A program made the translations under genes and the position numbers. From assembly GCA_965223295.1 (NCBI GenBank), contig CBDCWC010000003.1, positions 1,728,001 to 1,792,000 of the forward strand: a DNA stretch of 64,000 nt, written 5' to 3'. Under the pieces are notes generated by a model, which ran no database searches, was not told the origin of the DNA, and saw nothing but the letters and a program-made list of their open reading frames with translations. The DNA comes from Nitrospirales bacterium. Its GTDB lineage: Bacteria; Nitrospirota; Nitrospiria; Nitrospirales; UBA8639. Shown here piece by piece: positions 37,837-47,265 of the stretch (positions are counted from its first letter, which is position 1; the number at the start of each line of letters is the position of its first letter).

Positions 37837-39441
37837 TTATCGTGTCGATTCCAAACCTCTGGGTCTGACCCATCGTTCGATCCAACCGAGGAGGCTATCA
37901 ACAAGTAATGCCAGGATTGTGGCTGGCAAGGCTCCAGACAGAATCACATGGACATTGGCTAGTTGGAGGCCTGAAACAATGGGGACTCCTAATCCTCCAG
38001 CTCCAATGAATGCGGCGAGGGTGGCCGTTCCGACGGTCCATATGGCGGCAGTTCGAATGCCAGCCATGATGGTGGGGGCCGCCAGTGGCAGGCGCACTGA
38101 TCGTAAAATTTGCCATTCTGTCATGCCAAGGGCCCGACCGGTCTCGACGACCGATGGGGCCGCATCGCGCAGACCTGAAAAGGTATTGCGCACGATGGGG
38201 TAGAGAGAATAGATCCACAGGGCCATGATGGCGGGGAGGGTTCCGACGCCAAACAGTGGAATCATAAAGGCTAACAAGGCTATGGAGGGAATGGTTTGTG
38301 ACATGCCGATGAGACGGATCATCGTTTCTGCGCCTGTTCGCCACCGCTCCAGTAGAAACGCAAGGGGGATGGCGAGCAGAATGCCAAGCAATAGTCCCAA
38401 GCCAGCCAATCCCATATGTTCTCCTGTGCGAACCAGCAATGTTGTTCGTTGTTCCCATAGATAAGTCAAGAATGATGAGGAGCTCTTTGTCGTTGACGTT
38501 GTTGGCCGCTGTGTTTCTTTGACGAGGTGGAGAGTTTGCAAGGCGTCAGAGGCCACGTGGGGTATGGGTTCACCCTGTTCTTGGATTCGGAGATTCAATT
38601 CACGCATCCGTGCTGGGTTGAGGGCATGAGTCAGTTCGCTCAGCACTAGGGCTAATTCAGGATGTTCGGTTAATGTTTCGCCCCGCACGAGTGCGGTGGC
38701 CTCATAGGGCGGAAAAAATCGGAGATCGTCTTCTAAGACAATAAAATCATATGCGGCCAAACGACCGTCGGTTGTGTAGACATCCAGCACATCAATGTCT
38801 CCATTCTTTGTGGCTTGGTATTTCAGGGATTGTTGCATTCCTACGACTTCATGAAACTTCAGTCCATATCGTTGTCGCAGTCCTGGCAAGCCGTCAGCCC
38901 GTTGGATAAATTCGTAGCCAAACCCGGCTTTCAATGTTGGAGAAACCTTCACTAAATCCGTAATCGTGCGGATACCCAAGGCTTGTGCGTGATCTCGTCT
39001 GAGAGCCAGTGCATAGGAATTCTCAAATCCCAATGGTGCCAGCCATCTTATATCCCACCGTGCCCGAAATTCACTTCGTACTCGGTTCAAGACAGCCGCT
39101 GGATCGTGCATAGCTTCTTCCCCAAGAATGGTGACGAGACCTGTGCCGGTGTATTCTGGGTACAGATCAATGCCGCCGGTGGTTAGTGCTTCAAAGCATA
39201 TTTGTGTGCCGGCCATTCCAAATCGTCGTTCTACCGTTAAGGTCGTTTGGGTTTCGATCAATTGTGCGAACATTTCTGCGAGAAGTCGATTTTCTAGAAA
39301 ATTTTTTGAACCCACAATGATGGTCGTTTGAACTCCAGACCAGGAAGCTGTGTGATACATCAAGAGCAGTGAGAGAGCGAAAATGCCTCCCGCGATCCAT
39401 TTTACAAACGACGAGTTTGGAGAACAAGAAACATTCAGCAT
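37837..39441 (-). CDS. Betaine-type ABC transporter, fused substrate-binding protein and permease
   Basis: VGSKNF.E, DLYPEYTGT, YTTDG, FFPPY, then permease QTIPSIALL..GRALGMT..GAGGLG. Confidence 0.92.
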   Translation of the reverse strand: MLNVSCSPNSSFVKWIAGGIFALSLLLMYHTASWSGVQTTIIVGSKNFLENRLLAEMFAQLIETQTTLTVERRFGMAGTQICFEALTTGGIDLYPEYTGTGLVTILGEEAMHDPAAVLNRVRSEFRARWDIRWLAPLGFENSYALALRRDHAQALGIRTITDLVKVSPTLKAGFGYEFIQRADGLPGLRQRYGLKFHEVVGMQQSLKYQATKNGDIDVLDVYTTDGRLAAYDFIVLEDDLRFFPPYEATALVRGETLTEHPELALVLSELTHALNPARMRELNLRIQEQGEPIPHVASDALQTLHLVKETQRPTTSTTKSSSSFLTYLWEQRTTLLVRTGEHMGLAGLGLLLGILLAIPLAFLLERWRTGAETMIRLIGMSQTIPSIALLAFMIPLFGVGTLPAIMALWIYSLYPIVRNTFSGLRDAAPSVVETGRALGMTEWQILRSVRLPLAAPTIMAGIRTAAIWTVGTATLAAFIGAGGLGVPIVSGLQLANVHVILSGALPATILALLVDSLLGWIERWVRPRGLESTR

Positions 39442-39451
39442 GGCAGTCTGG

Positions 39452-40195
39452 TCATTGAGATTGGTGTTGAAGCAGCGTTGCCACATACGGGGTGGCTGGA
39501 GAAGCCATGAGTTCTTGTGCCGTGCCAATCTGATGAATGTACCCATCTTTCAGCACCGTAATACGATCACCGAGGCGAAAAGCTTCGGACATATCATGAG
39601 TAATCAAAGCCATGGTTTTGTGAAGGCGAGTTTTGAGAGCCAGAAACTGTTCGTGTAATTCCCGGCGTGTGATGGGGTCTAAGGCACTGAAGGGTTCGTC
39701 TAAAAGGACGATGGGCGGGTCTGCTGCTAGGGCTCTGGCGACGGCGACCCGTTGGCGTTGTCCGCCGGATAGTTCAATAGGATAGCGGTCAGCTATGTGT
39801 GCCGGATCCAGGTTGACCAATGGGAGCAAGGTATTCAGGCGTTGTTCTTGTTGCTCAACGGGCCATTCTAATAGTTGCGGAACTAAACAAACATTGTGCC
39901 TGATGGTCCAATGAGGCAACAGACCACCGTCTTGAGGTATGTATCCCAGTCGGCGTCGCAGGGTGATTGGGTTGTGATCGGTTGCAGGTTGCCCCTGAAT
40001 ATAGACTTCGCCGGACGTTGGATCTACGAGACGGTTGAGTAAACGCAGCATGGTCGTTTTTCCTGACCCACTTTCTCCAATAAGTGCCATCGTTTCACCT
40101 TGTTTCACCTCCCAGTCGATATCGTGGAGTGCATAGGTGCCGTCGGGAAATCGTTTGCTCACGCGTTGGAGTATGAGGTCACAGCTTTGTGTCAT
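39452..40195 (-). CDS. Betaine-type ABC transporter ATP-binding subunit
   Basis: GESGSGKT, LSGGQRQR, LLDEPFSALD. Confidence 0.93.
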   Translation of the reverse strand: MTQSCDLILQRVSKRFPDGTYALHDIDWEVKQGETMALIGESGSGKTTMLRLLNRLVDPTSGEVYIQGQPATDHNPITLRRRLGYIPQDGGLLPHWTIRHNVCLVPQLLEWPVEQQEQRLNTLLPLVNLDPAHIADRYPIELSGGQRQRVAVARALAADPPIVLLDEPFSALDPITRRELHEQFLALKTRLHKTMALITHDMSEAFRLGDRITVLKDGYIHQIGTAQELMASPATPYVATLLQHQSQ

Positions 40196-40495
40196 AGAAA
40201 GTTCAGACGTGAGTGCAAGGAGAAGTTTCTCAGGCAACTACCGTCTTCAAGCACCGATTGAGAGTTCTACGGTCATAGATGGATTGTTGCCAGGATAGCA
40301 GGGAACGCGAATGGTGGCTAGCAAAAGAAGAGAGGCCAAGGTCCTGAATGATGTGAGGCGCAGAGGACTGAATTTTCTTGAACTCACGGGAAAAACTTTT
40401 GGATCGGCAGTGTTTTCGCTATACTATGGACAGCTCCATGCGGAGCTTTTTTTATTGGCGCCAACGATGAGTCTTTTTTCGTTCCGTTTTTATGA

Positions 40496-41725
40496 ATGAG
40501 GTCAAGCATGCTGACACAATGTTCCAGTCTTCAACAGGAATTAGAACAAGCCCGTAGCCTGACAGACCGACTTTTTGCCATGGTGAGTCCAAGGGCAGTA
40601 TATGCCCGTCCGATTCCTGAACGCCATCGATTGATATTTTACCTAGGTCATCTCGAAGCCTTTGATTGGAATCAATTGTGTCGCTGGACATTGGGTAAGC
40701 CGTCTTTTCATTCTTCATTTGACCAACTATTTGAAGCGGGTATTGATCCAGCAGTGGGTACTGCATCCACCGATATGCCTTCTGATTGGCCAACAGTTAA
40801 GGAAGTGCAAGGGTATAATTTTCGAGTCCGACAAGAAGTGGATCGGGTTTTAGAGCAGGTGTCTGATGAGATGATTCATGTGATTATTGAACATCGTCTC
40901 ATGCATGTTGAAACAACGGCTTACTTGTTGCAACACCTAGATTTTACTGAGAAACAAGACCCATTCTCATCACGGCTATCTTACGACGACCATCTTCCTA
41001 CAGAAGAGATGGTGAAGATTCCGGAAGGATGTGCTCGTTTAGGTCGTTGTAAGGAGGAGGGGTTTGGTTGGGATAATGAATTTAATAACCATGAAGTGTT
41101 TGTTCCAGAGTTTGCGATTAGCCGATATAAAATTACCAACGCCCAATACCAGGCATTTGTAAAAGCGGGTGGGGAGCCGCCTGCCCTCTGGAAGCGTCAA
41201 GGCCAAAATTGGTTTTTAAGGACAATGTTTTGTGATGTTCCTTTGCCTCTTTCTTGGCCGGTCTATGTGACTCGGCAACAGGCTCAGGCTTATGCCACAT
41301 GGAAGGGATGGTCTCTCCCAACCGAAGCGCAATTTCATCGTGCAGCTTATGGAACTCCTGTCGGAATTGAGCAAGAATTTCCCTGGGGTGATTGGGCAGT
41401 TCGCCGGGACTATGGCAATTTCGATTGTCATGCTTGGGATCCCGTCCCGGTCACGGAACACCCACAAGGAGCCAGCGCGTTTGGCGTTGCACAAATGGTT
41501 GGAAATGGTTGGGAATGGACATCGACGTTGTTCCGCCCATTTGAAGGGTTCAACCCTCTCCCGACCTATCCTGGATATTCTGCACGGTTTTTTGACCAGG
41601 ACCATTATGTGGTGAAAGGTGGTGGGCCTCAAACCGCCAGAACATTATTGCGGCGCTCGTTTCGAAATTGGTTCCGTCAGGATTATCCCTATGCCCACAC
41701 TGGGTTTCGTTGTGTGAAAAATTAG
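40496..41725 (+). CDS. egtB: Sulfoxide synthase, EgtB/OvoA family (DinB plus FGE-sulfatase domains)
   Basis: RHRLIFYLGH and EHRLMHVET iron ligands; FGWDNE, LPTEAQF, GNGWEWT, RRSFRNWF; egtD nearby. Confidence 0.8.
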   Translation: MRSSMLTQCSSLQQELEQARSLTDRLFAMVSPRAVYARPIPERHRLIFYLGHLEAFDWNQLCRWTLGKPSFHSSFDQLFEAGIDPAVGTASTDMPSDWPTVKEVQGYNFRVRQEVDRVLEQVSDEMIHVIIEHRLMHVETTAYLLQHLDFTEKQDPFSSRLSYDDHLPTEEMVKIPEGCARLGRCKEEGFGWDNEFNNHEVFVPEFAISRYKITNAQYQAFVKAGGEPPALWKRQGQNWFLRTMFCDVPLPLSWPVYVTRQQAQAYATWKGWSLPTEAQFHRAAYGTPVGIEQEFPWGDWAVRRDYGNFDCHAWDPVPVTEHPQGASAFGVAQMVGNGWEWTSTLFRPFEGFNPLPTYPGYSARFFDQDHYVVKGGGPQTARTLLRRSFRNWFRQDYPYAHTGFRCVKN

Positions 41726-41849
41726 ATTGCCTTCTCAGCTTTCTTGAGATTGGGCAAGCATTGGGAGTTGACTGTACATACCGTGTCTGGATGGTCTGAC
41801 GGCTCCCGAATTCTCTAAGTGAGTTCTCTGCCATCTTCTTTTCTCAATC

Positions 41850-44276
41850 ATGAGTGTTCTCTTCACGTTTGTTGATCCACGCCGATGGTGGGCTGATCTG
41901 GCAGGTGTGTGGAGAGATACTCGACTGATCGTCGTCACAGCTCAAATTGCGGCGATATATGCCGCGATTCTTATTCCGTTCAAGGCAGGAATACCCATTA
42001 TTCCAGGATTTGTGGAGCTGCGTCCGGCTAATGCCGTTCCTATTGTTGCATCTCTATTATTTGGCCCTGCAGCGGCATGGGGAGCTGGAATAGGCAATAT
42101 TATTGGTGATTGTTTTGGGACGTTAGGCCCCGCCAGTCTGTTCGGTTTCTTCGGGAATTTTTTCTTAGGCTATCTGCCTTATTTGTTCTGGGGACATCTG
42201 GGGTGGTTGTCATCTGGACAGCCGCCCATCATTCAATCTTGGCGGCAAGCTTTAGAGTATGGCGTGATTTGTGTTGTCGCTTCCGGAGCATGTGCGGGAA
42301 TTATTGGGTGGGGCGTGGAACTATTGGGTTTGCTTCCCTTTATGGTGTTGGCGCCTGCGATTTTTTTTAACAATATTGTCATGGCCATCTTTTTAGGTCC
42401 GCCCCTATTGGGATTTCTCTATCCTCGGGTTCAGCGATGGCAAGTGGGATGTGAGCACATACAGCTCGGCACTGTTTCACCAAAGTACTCTGATCAAGTA
42501 AGTCATGCGGATTATGGAGAAATTGATAGCATCCATTGTGTAAATCATCATGCTCAGGGTTCTTTGCCTCTTTTAGATTGTCGAGAATGTTCTTTTTCTT
42601 ATCCCAAACAAACAGTTTCGGCACTTCAGGGCATCACCTTCTCCATTATGCCTGGCGAAATTGTTTTGCTGTTAGGACGTAGTGGGTCAGGTAAATCGAC
42701 GCTCTGCTATACCTGTAATGGGCTGATCCCCCATATGGTTCCAGGAAGCATAAGTGGAACGTTACGAGTATGTGGCTCGGATACACGAACCAAACCGGTC
42801 TGGAAATGGGCGGACAGAGTAGGCTTGGTCTTCCAGGACTTTGAAACGCAACTCGTCGGAACGACGGTCAAATCAGAAATCCTCCATCCATTGGAATACC
42901 ACGACCCACCCCTCTCTTCAGATGATATAGAGGGACGCATTGCCCGGACACTTCATTGGGTTGGGTTGGACGTCAATCTTGACCGTGATCCGATGATGAT
43001 GTCTGGTGGGCAACGTCAACGGCTTGCGATGGCTTCAGTCTTGGTTCAGCACCCGAAGTTGTTAATTTTGGATGAGCCCAGTTCGGATTTGGATCCCGTG
43101 AGCCGTCGACATTTACGGCAGACGCTGCGCCAATTGCGGGATGAGGGAGTGGGCTTACTGCTCACTGAGCAGAGTCACGATGATCTTCAGTTCGCGGATG
43201 AAGTGATGATACTTGACCAGGGCCAGTTGATTTGGAAGGGGCCACCAAGTGCATTGCTCCGAATGCCGCAGATGATGCGGCAGCATGGGATCAGGCCCCT
43301 TGCCCTGACGGAATGTTTTGAGGACCTGGAAGGTGATTCGTTACCTATTACGGTAGAGGAAGCGTGGGCCTATGCGGAGAAATCTCATTTAACAATCCAA
43401 CCTCCAGGGGAGGTGTTGGATGATGTTGTGAGGTTGGGCAAGCGAGCTGGATGGTTAGACAGACAACAAAAACCGTACATTCAGATGAGTAATGTCTGCT
43501 TTCATTATGCGGAACAGCCGGTTCTTCAGAACATTAATTGTGCCATCTACTCAGGAGAGTTTCTGGCCTTGTTAGGAGCCAATGGGTCGGGGAAAAGCAC
43601 ATTGGCGCGATTGCTGAATGGACTCTTGACGCCAACTCAAGGAAAGATTGTTGTTGATGGTTTGGATGCATGTGAGGCATCAATGAACGAGATTGCAAAG
43701 CGGGTCGGCTTGGTTTTTCAGAACCCTGACCAGCAAATTTTTGCTGACACTGTATGGGAAGAAGTAGCCTTTGGTGCCAAAAATTTTGGATGTTCACAAG
43801 ATGAGATCGTGACTCGTGTTCGTGAATCGTTACTGGCAGTGGGGCTTCCGGTCGAGAAGAGTCGTGATTTGGACCCTTTTTCGTTACGAAAAGGCGAGCG
43901 TCAACGTGTGGCTGTTGCTGCAATTCTTGCGACTCAACCCGCTTGCTTGATTTTTGATGAACCGACCACAGGTCTTGATGCCGACGAAACTGACCGCATG
44001 ATGGCCATGCTCAGCGAGTTAAATTGTGAAGGGCATACCGTTGTGGTGATCACCCATTCGATGAGATTGGTCGCTGAGTATGCGCATCGATGTCTTTTAC
44101 TCAAAGAAGGAAAAATTTTGACTGACGGGTCCCCGCGAGATATTTTTCAAGATGTAGATCTTGTCCGTTCTTCATCTTTGGCAATTCCCCATATTGTTCA
44201 GTTTAGTCAACGATGGGGCCAGACATTATTAACTGTCAACGAGGTGAAAGCCTCTCTGAAGCGCAAGTTGGTATGA
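41850..44276 (+). CDS. ECF transporter: S component (QueT-like) fused to two ATPase domains
   Basis: N-terminal ~190 aa membrane domain (ELRPANAVP..LLFGPAAAWGAGIGN); two ABC domains (GRSGSGKST, GANGSGKST, FQNPD). Confidence 0.88.
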   Translation: MSVLFTFVDPRRWWADLAGVWRDTRLIVVTAQIAAIYAAILIPFKAGIPIIPGFVELRPANAVPIVASLLFGPAAAWGAGIGNIIGDCFGTLGPASLFGFFGNFFLGYLPYLFWGHLGWLSSGQPPIIQSWRQALEYGVICVVASGACAGIIGWGVELLGLLPFMVLAPAIFFNNIVMAIFLGPPLLGFLYPRVQRWQVGCEHIQLGTVSPKYSDQVSHADYGEIDSIHCVNHHAQGSLPLLDCRECSFSYPKQTVSALQGITFSIMPGEIVLLLGRSGSGKSTLCYTCNGLIPHMVPGSISGTLRVCGSDTRTKPVWKWADRVGLVFQDFETQLVGTTVKSEILHPLEYHDPPLSSDDIEGRIARTLHWVGLDVNLDRDPMMMSGGQRQRLAMASVLVQHPKLLILDEPSSDLDPVSRRHLRQTLRQLRDEGVGLLLTEQSHDDLQFADEVMILDQGQLIWKGPPSALLRMPQMMRQHGIRPLALTECFEDLEGDSLPITVEEAWAYAEKSHLTIQPPGEVLDDVVRLGKRAGWLDRQQKPYIQMSNVCFHYAEQPVLQNINCAIYSGEFLALLGANGSGKSTLARLLNGLLTPTQGKIVVDGLDACEASMNEIAKRVGLVFQNPDQQIFADTVWEEVAFGAKNFGCSQDEIVTRVRESLLAVGLPVEKSRDLDPFSLRKGERQRVAVAAILATQPACLIFDEPTTGLDADETDRMMAMLSELNCEGHTVVVITHSMRLVAEYAHRCLLLKEGKILTDGSPRDIFQDVDLVRSSSLAIPHIVQFSQRWGQTLLTVNEVKASLKRKLV

Positions 44277-44333
44277 GTATAGGGCGGCTTTTTGGGGAAG
44301 AATGAATCCTAAAATAATAGTAGGTGAAATACG

Positions 44334-45122
44334 ATGAACGTTTCTTTGTATGTGAACAAGAATACATGGGTTCATCGGTTAGATGGACGAACAAAAACCC
44401 TGGCCGTCCTCGGCTTCTTTTCGCTAGCGTTGTGTTTTTCGCATCCGGGATACCTCTTTCCTGTCTTGGCCCTCTTGGGTGCGTGTTTGATTGCCGCCCA
44501 AGCAGGGGAAAGTCTCAAAAAGGTATGGGTTTTGGCGGCTTTGTTGGTGGTGTACAGCATGATTCTTTGGCCATTTTTTGTGGAGGGAACAACTCCAGTT
44601 CCTATTTTTCAAGCGATAGGGGTGACATGGGAAGGGTGTCTTTTTGGATTTGGCATGGGACTTCGCTTACTCATCATGATGTTAGGAGGTGTGTGGTTGC
44701 TTTCCACAACAACAATTGAAGAATTGGCGCAAGCCTCTGAGCGCCTAGGCTTACCTTCCAGAATTGGTTTTGCTTTTTCCTTAGCTTTTCGCTGGGTTGG
44801 GATTCTTTTAGGAGCAGGAGTCGGGGTGGTTCAGGCTCAACGTTCCCGAGGATTGGATATTTCATCGGGAACGATCGTTGACCGTATCCGCAAGTATGTG
44901 CCTTTGGTCGTGCCGTTAATTGGACATGCACTTCGTCAAACCAATCTCCTTGCCATGGCCCTGGAGTCTAAAGGATTTCATCCCTTGGCGCTTCGCTCGT
45001 ACTATACCAGGGGAAGGATGACGTGGTTAGATTATGTTGTCCTGCTTCTACTCGGTATTTTACTGGTAGCCAGTGTGTGGATGAGGTGGAGCGGAATCGG
45101 GATAGTAGAGGTGAGATTTTGA
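44334..45122 (+). CDS. ecfT: ECF transporter T component
   Basis: HRLDGRTK, AQRSRG, AMALESKGF. Confidence 0.9.
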   Translation: MNVSLYVNKNTWVHRLDGRTKTLAVLGFFSLALCFSHPGYLFPVLALLGACLIAAQAGESLKKVWVLAALLVVYSMILWPFFVEGTTPVPIFQAIGVTWEGCLFGFGMGLRLLIMMLGGVWLLSTTTIEELAQASERLGLPSRIGFAFSLAFRWVGILLGAGVGVVQAQRSRGLDISSGTIVDRIRKYVPLVVPLIGHALRQTNLLAMALESKGFHPLALRSYYTRGRMTWLDYVVLLLLGILLVASVWMRWSGIGIVEVRF

Positions 45123-45136
45123 TGACTGTGACAGAG

Positions 45137-45174
45137 AAAAAATGGCCCATCCAATATTCCTTGGATGGGCCATT
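45137..45174 (-). terminator. Rho-independent terminator between convergent genes
   Basis: Stem AATGGCCCATCCAA/TTGGATGGGCCATT with an A-run on its left (U-tract for the minus-strand gene). Confidence 0.8.
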
Positions 45175-45198
45175 AATGAGGTCAAAAGACTCGGAACG

Positions 45199-45771
45199 TT
45201 ATGCTTGTTTCTTGCGGAGACGCCAGGCGCCTAAACCGAGTAAGCCTGATCCTAACAATACGATAGTCGAAGGTTCGGGATTGGCAATCAATTTGCCTTG
45301 GGCGGTGTTACCACTTGTGGTGGTATTACTAAATTCAAAGACAAGATCATTATAATCTTTGTCTCCGCCACCCAATTTATCTTCCCAGCCTACCGTTATA
45401 CCGTTATCACCTTGTGTCGACATGGTATGAGCAACGCCATCAATGTTGTTTGCCCCTACTCCGGTGAAAAAAGTCTGTCCCGTGTTCTCTACTTCTAAGC
45501 GAAAGTCTAGGACGGTTCCTGCTGAGAAGTTGCCGAGTGAAATGGTGCTCCCCTCAGCTGAATTGGTGGAAAAAAGAGCTGTATCGCCGAGATACAATGT
45601 GCTGGTATACCCTGCATTACTGCCGGCAAAGGTGATATTCACGTTACCGTCATTCTGGACAATGAGATCTCCCCCAATTGACCCTGCTTGGGCAAAAGCT
45701 GGGATAGCCAAAAGTCCTACAGCAAAAGAGAATGTGGCTAGCATTCTTGATTTCAAAAGTGAATTCTTCAT
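45199..45771 (-). CDS. PEP-CTERM protein with DUF4114-like domain
   Basis: Signal peptide; VGWEDKLGGGDKDYNDLVF; NPEPSTIVLLGSGLLGLGAWRLRKK. Confidence 0.9.
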   Translation of the reverse strand: MKNSLLKSRMLATFSFAVGLLAIPAFAQAGSIGGDLIVQNDGNVNITFAGSNAGYTSTLYLGDTALFSTNSAEGSTISLGNFSAGTVLDFRLEVENTGQTFFTGVGANNIDGVAHTMSTQGDNGITVGWEDKLGGGDKDYNDLVFEFSNTTTSGNTAQGKLIANPEPSTIVLLGSGLLGLGAWRLRKKQA

Positions 45772-45852
45772 GTTTTTTCCCTCCTTCTAAATAATCTTAA
45801 TCAAAAACTCGATTTCGTAGATGTCTAGCTCTAAACCGATGACAATGGATTA

Positions 45853-45868
45853 AGCAAAAGTTAGGCCA
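45853..45868 (-). promoter_or_regulatory. Sigma54 promoter of the PEP-CTERM gene
   Basis: Minus strand TGGCCTAACTTTTGCT (GG-N10-GC); a TGT-N11-ACA site lies upstream at 46019-46035. Confidence 0.65.
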
Positions 45869-46273
45869 TATGTAATATGTAGAATATAAGCTATTGAATA
45901 TTAGGAGAATTAGTGTGAATTAAATGCTGATATGTACATTCTAGTACTCATTTTTAGAGTGTTTTACCCTACTATTTTGCAAAATGTGACTCTCAAATTG
46001 CAACTGACACAGCAAACTTGTAAAGAAATATGACATTTTTTTTACCAATAGCAAGAATTTATGGTCATTTAACAAAAAAAATCTTAAAAAACAATTGATA
46101 TGATAGTCAAAATTCCTAACAACCTATGGAGTGGGGAATAGGCGTCCTCCTAGGATTAGGTATTTAGTCGGTGTAGGGTTCTTCATACCCTCGAGCACTG
46201 TTGACCTCGGGGCAATATACGTGAACACTCGAATAAGATAGGGCGGAACAATCTTATGAAGAGAAGAAGTGTG

Positions 46274-46480
46274 TTACCCAAGAACTGGAGATTGAGGACA
46301 TGATTGCTCTTCTTTGGCAAGGTCCACAAATTTCGAAATATTTTTAATACAGCGACCACAACAATTTTTCTTGTCGTCGAGCTCTAGCGTAGAGGCAATT
46401 TTTTTGGGACAGATCATACCTGATTTGCCTAATTGCCGCACATCAGATTCCCGAATGCCTTTACAAATACAGATATACAT
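46274..46480 (-). CDS. bfd: BFD-like [2Fe-2S] ferredoxin
   Basis: MYICICKGIRESDV...CCGRC. Confidence 0.88.
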   Translation of the reverse strand: MYICICKGIRESDVRQLGKSGMICPKKIASTLELDDKKNCCGRCIKNISKFVDLAKEEQSCPQSPVLG

Positions 46481-46508
46481 CGTTTGTGACCGTTACTGTG
46501 CGTAATTC

Positions 46509-46527
46509 GATAATGATAATAATTCTC
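46509..46527. promoter_or_regulatory. Fur box upstream of bfd
   Basis: GATAATGATAATAATTCTC, 17/19 match to GATAATGATAATCATTATC. Confidence 0.85.
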
Positions 46528-46726
46528 AAATTTAATAGATTTTACTATGGAAGCACTGGGCTGTCAAGAGCAGAAATATCTGTTCAAGTATTTGATAATC
46601 TTATCAATTATGTAAAATTTCCGTAATTTTTTCTTGCTTTTTTGTGGTATTTAAGAGATCTATTTTTTGAAAATACGCGGCAAAAATTTGATGAAGAAAT
46701 GGAGCAGAGTGGGGGCAGAGTACGGA

Positions 46727-47020
46727 ATGAAAATCAAGCCATGTTTCATAGAAGGTTCTGAAGATGTAGTGCTCCGCATCCACTGTCAGCCACGAGCATC
46801 GAGAACAGAAATTGTTGGAATGCATGGGGATTCCATCAAAGTTCGGCTGGCAGCGCCTCCGGTCGATGGTGCTGCCAATATTAAGTTATGCCAATTTCTT
46901 TCGGAGTATTTCGGTGTTTCACATCAAGATGTCAAGATTCTTTCGGGACACAGTTCGAGGAAAAAGCATGTGTTGATTCAAGGTAAAACTGTTCTAGAAC
47001 TTCAAAAGTATTTAACGTAA
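46727..47020 (+). CDS. DUF167 (YggU-like) protein
   Basis: QPRASR..KVRLAAPPVDGAAN..ILSGHSSRKK. Confidence 0.9.
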   Translation: MKIKPCFIEGSEDVVLRIHCQPRASRTEIVGMHGDSIKVRLAAPPVDGAANIKLCQFLSEYFGVSHQDVKILSGHSSRKKHVLIQGKTVLELQKYLT

Positions 47021-47265
47021 AAACATGAAAACAATTCAACAATGATCTGTAGAGCTTATAGATTTGCCCGATCAATCTTCATAGCAATCAAGCCAAAATT
47101 CTCCTAACACCTTCTGTTGGTTTTGGTTTACAACCTCCCAGCCCAATTTTATAATGCCCAGCCTTGGTCAGTTTTTTGTGGTTGGTTAGGTTTCCCAACT
47201 TGAACGAACTTTCTCTGCTTAAAAGGCAACTAATTGTGAACTGGTGAAGCAATTAATAGGTTGAA

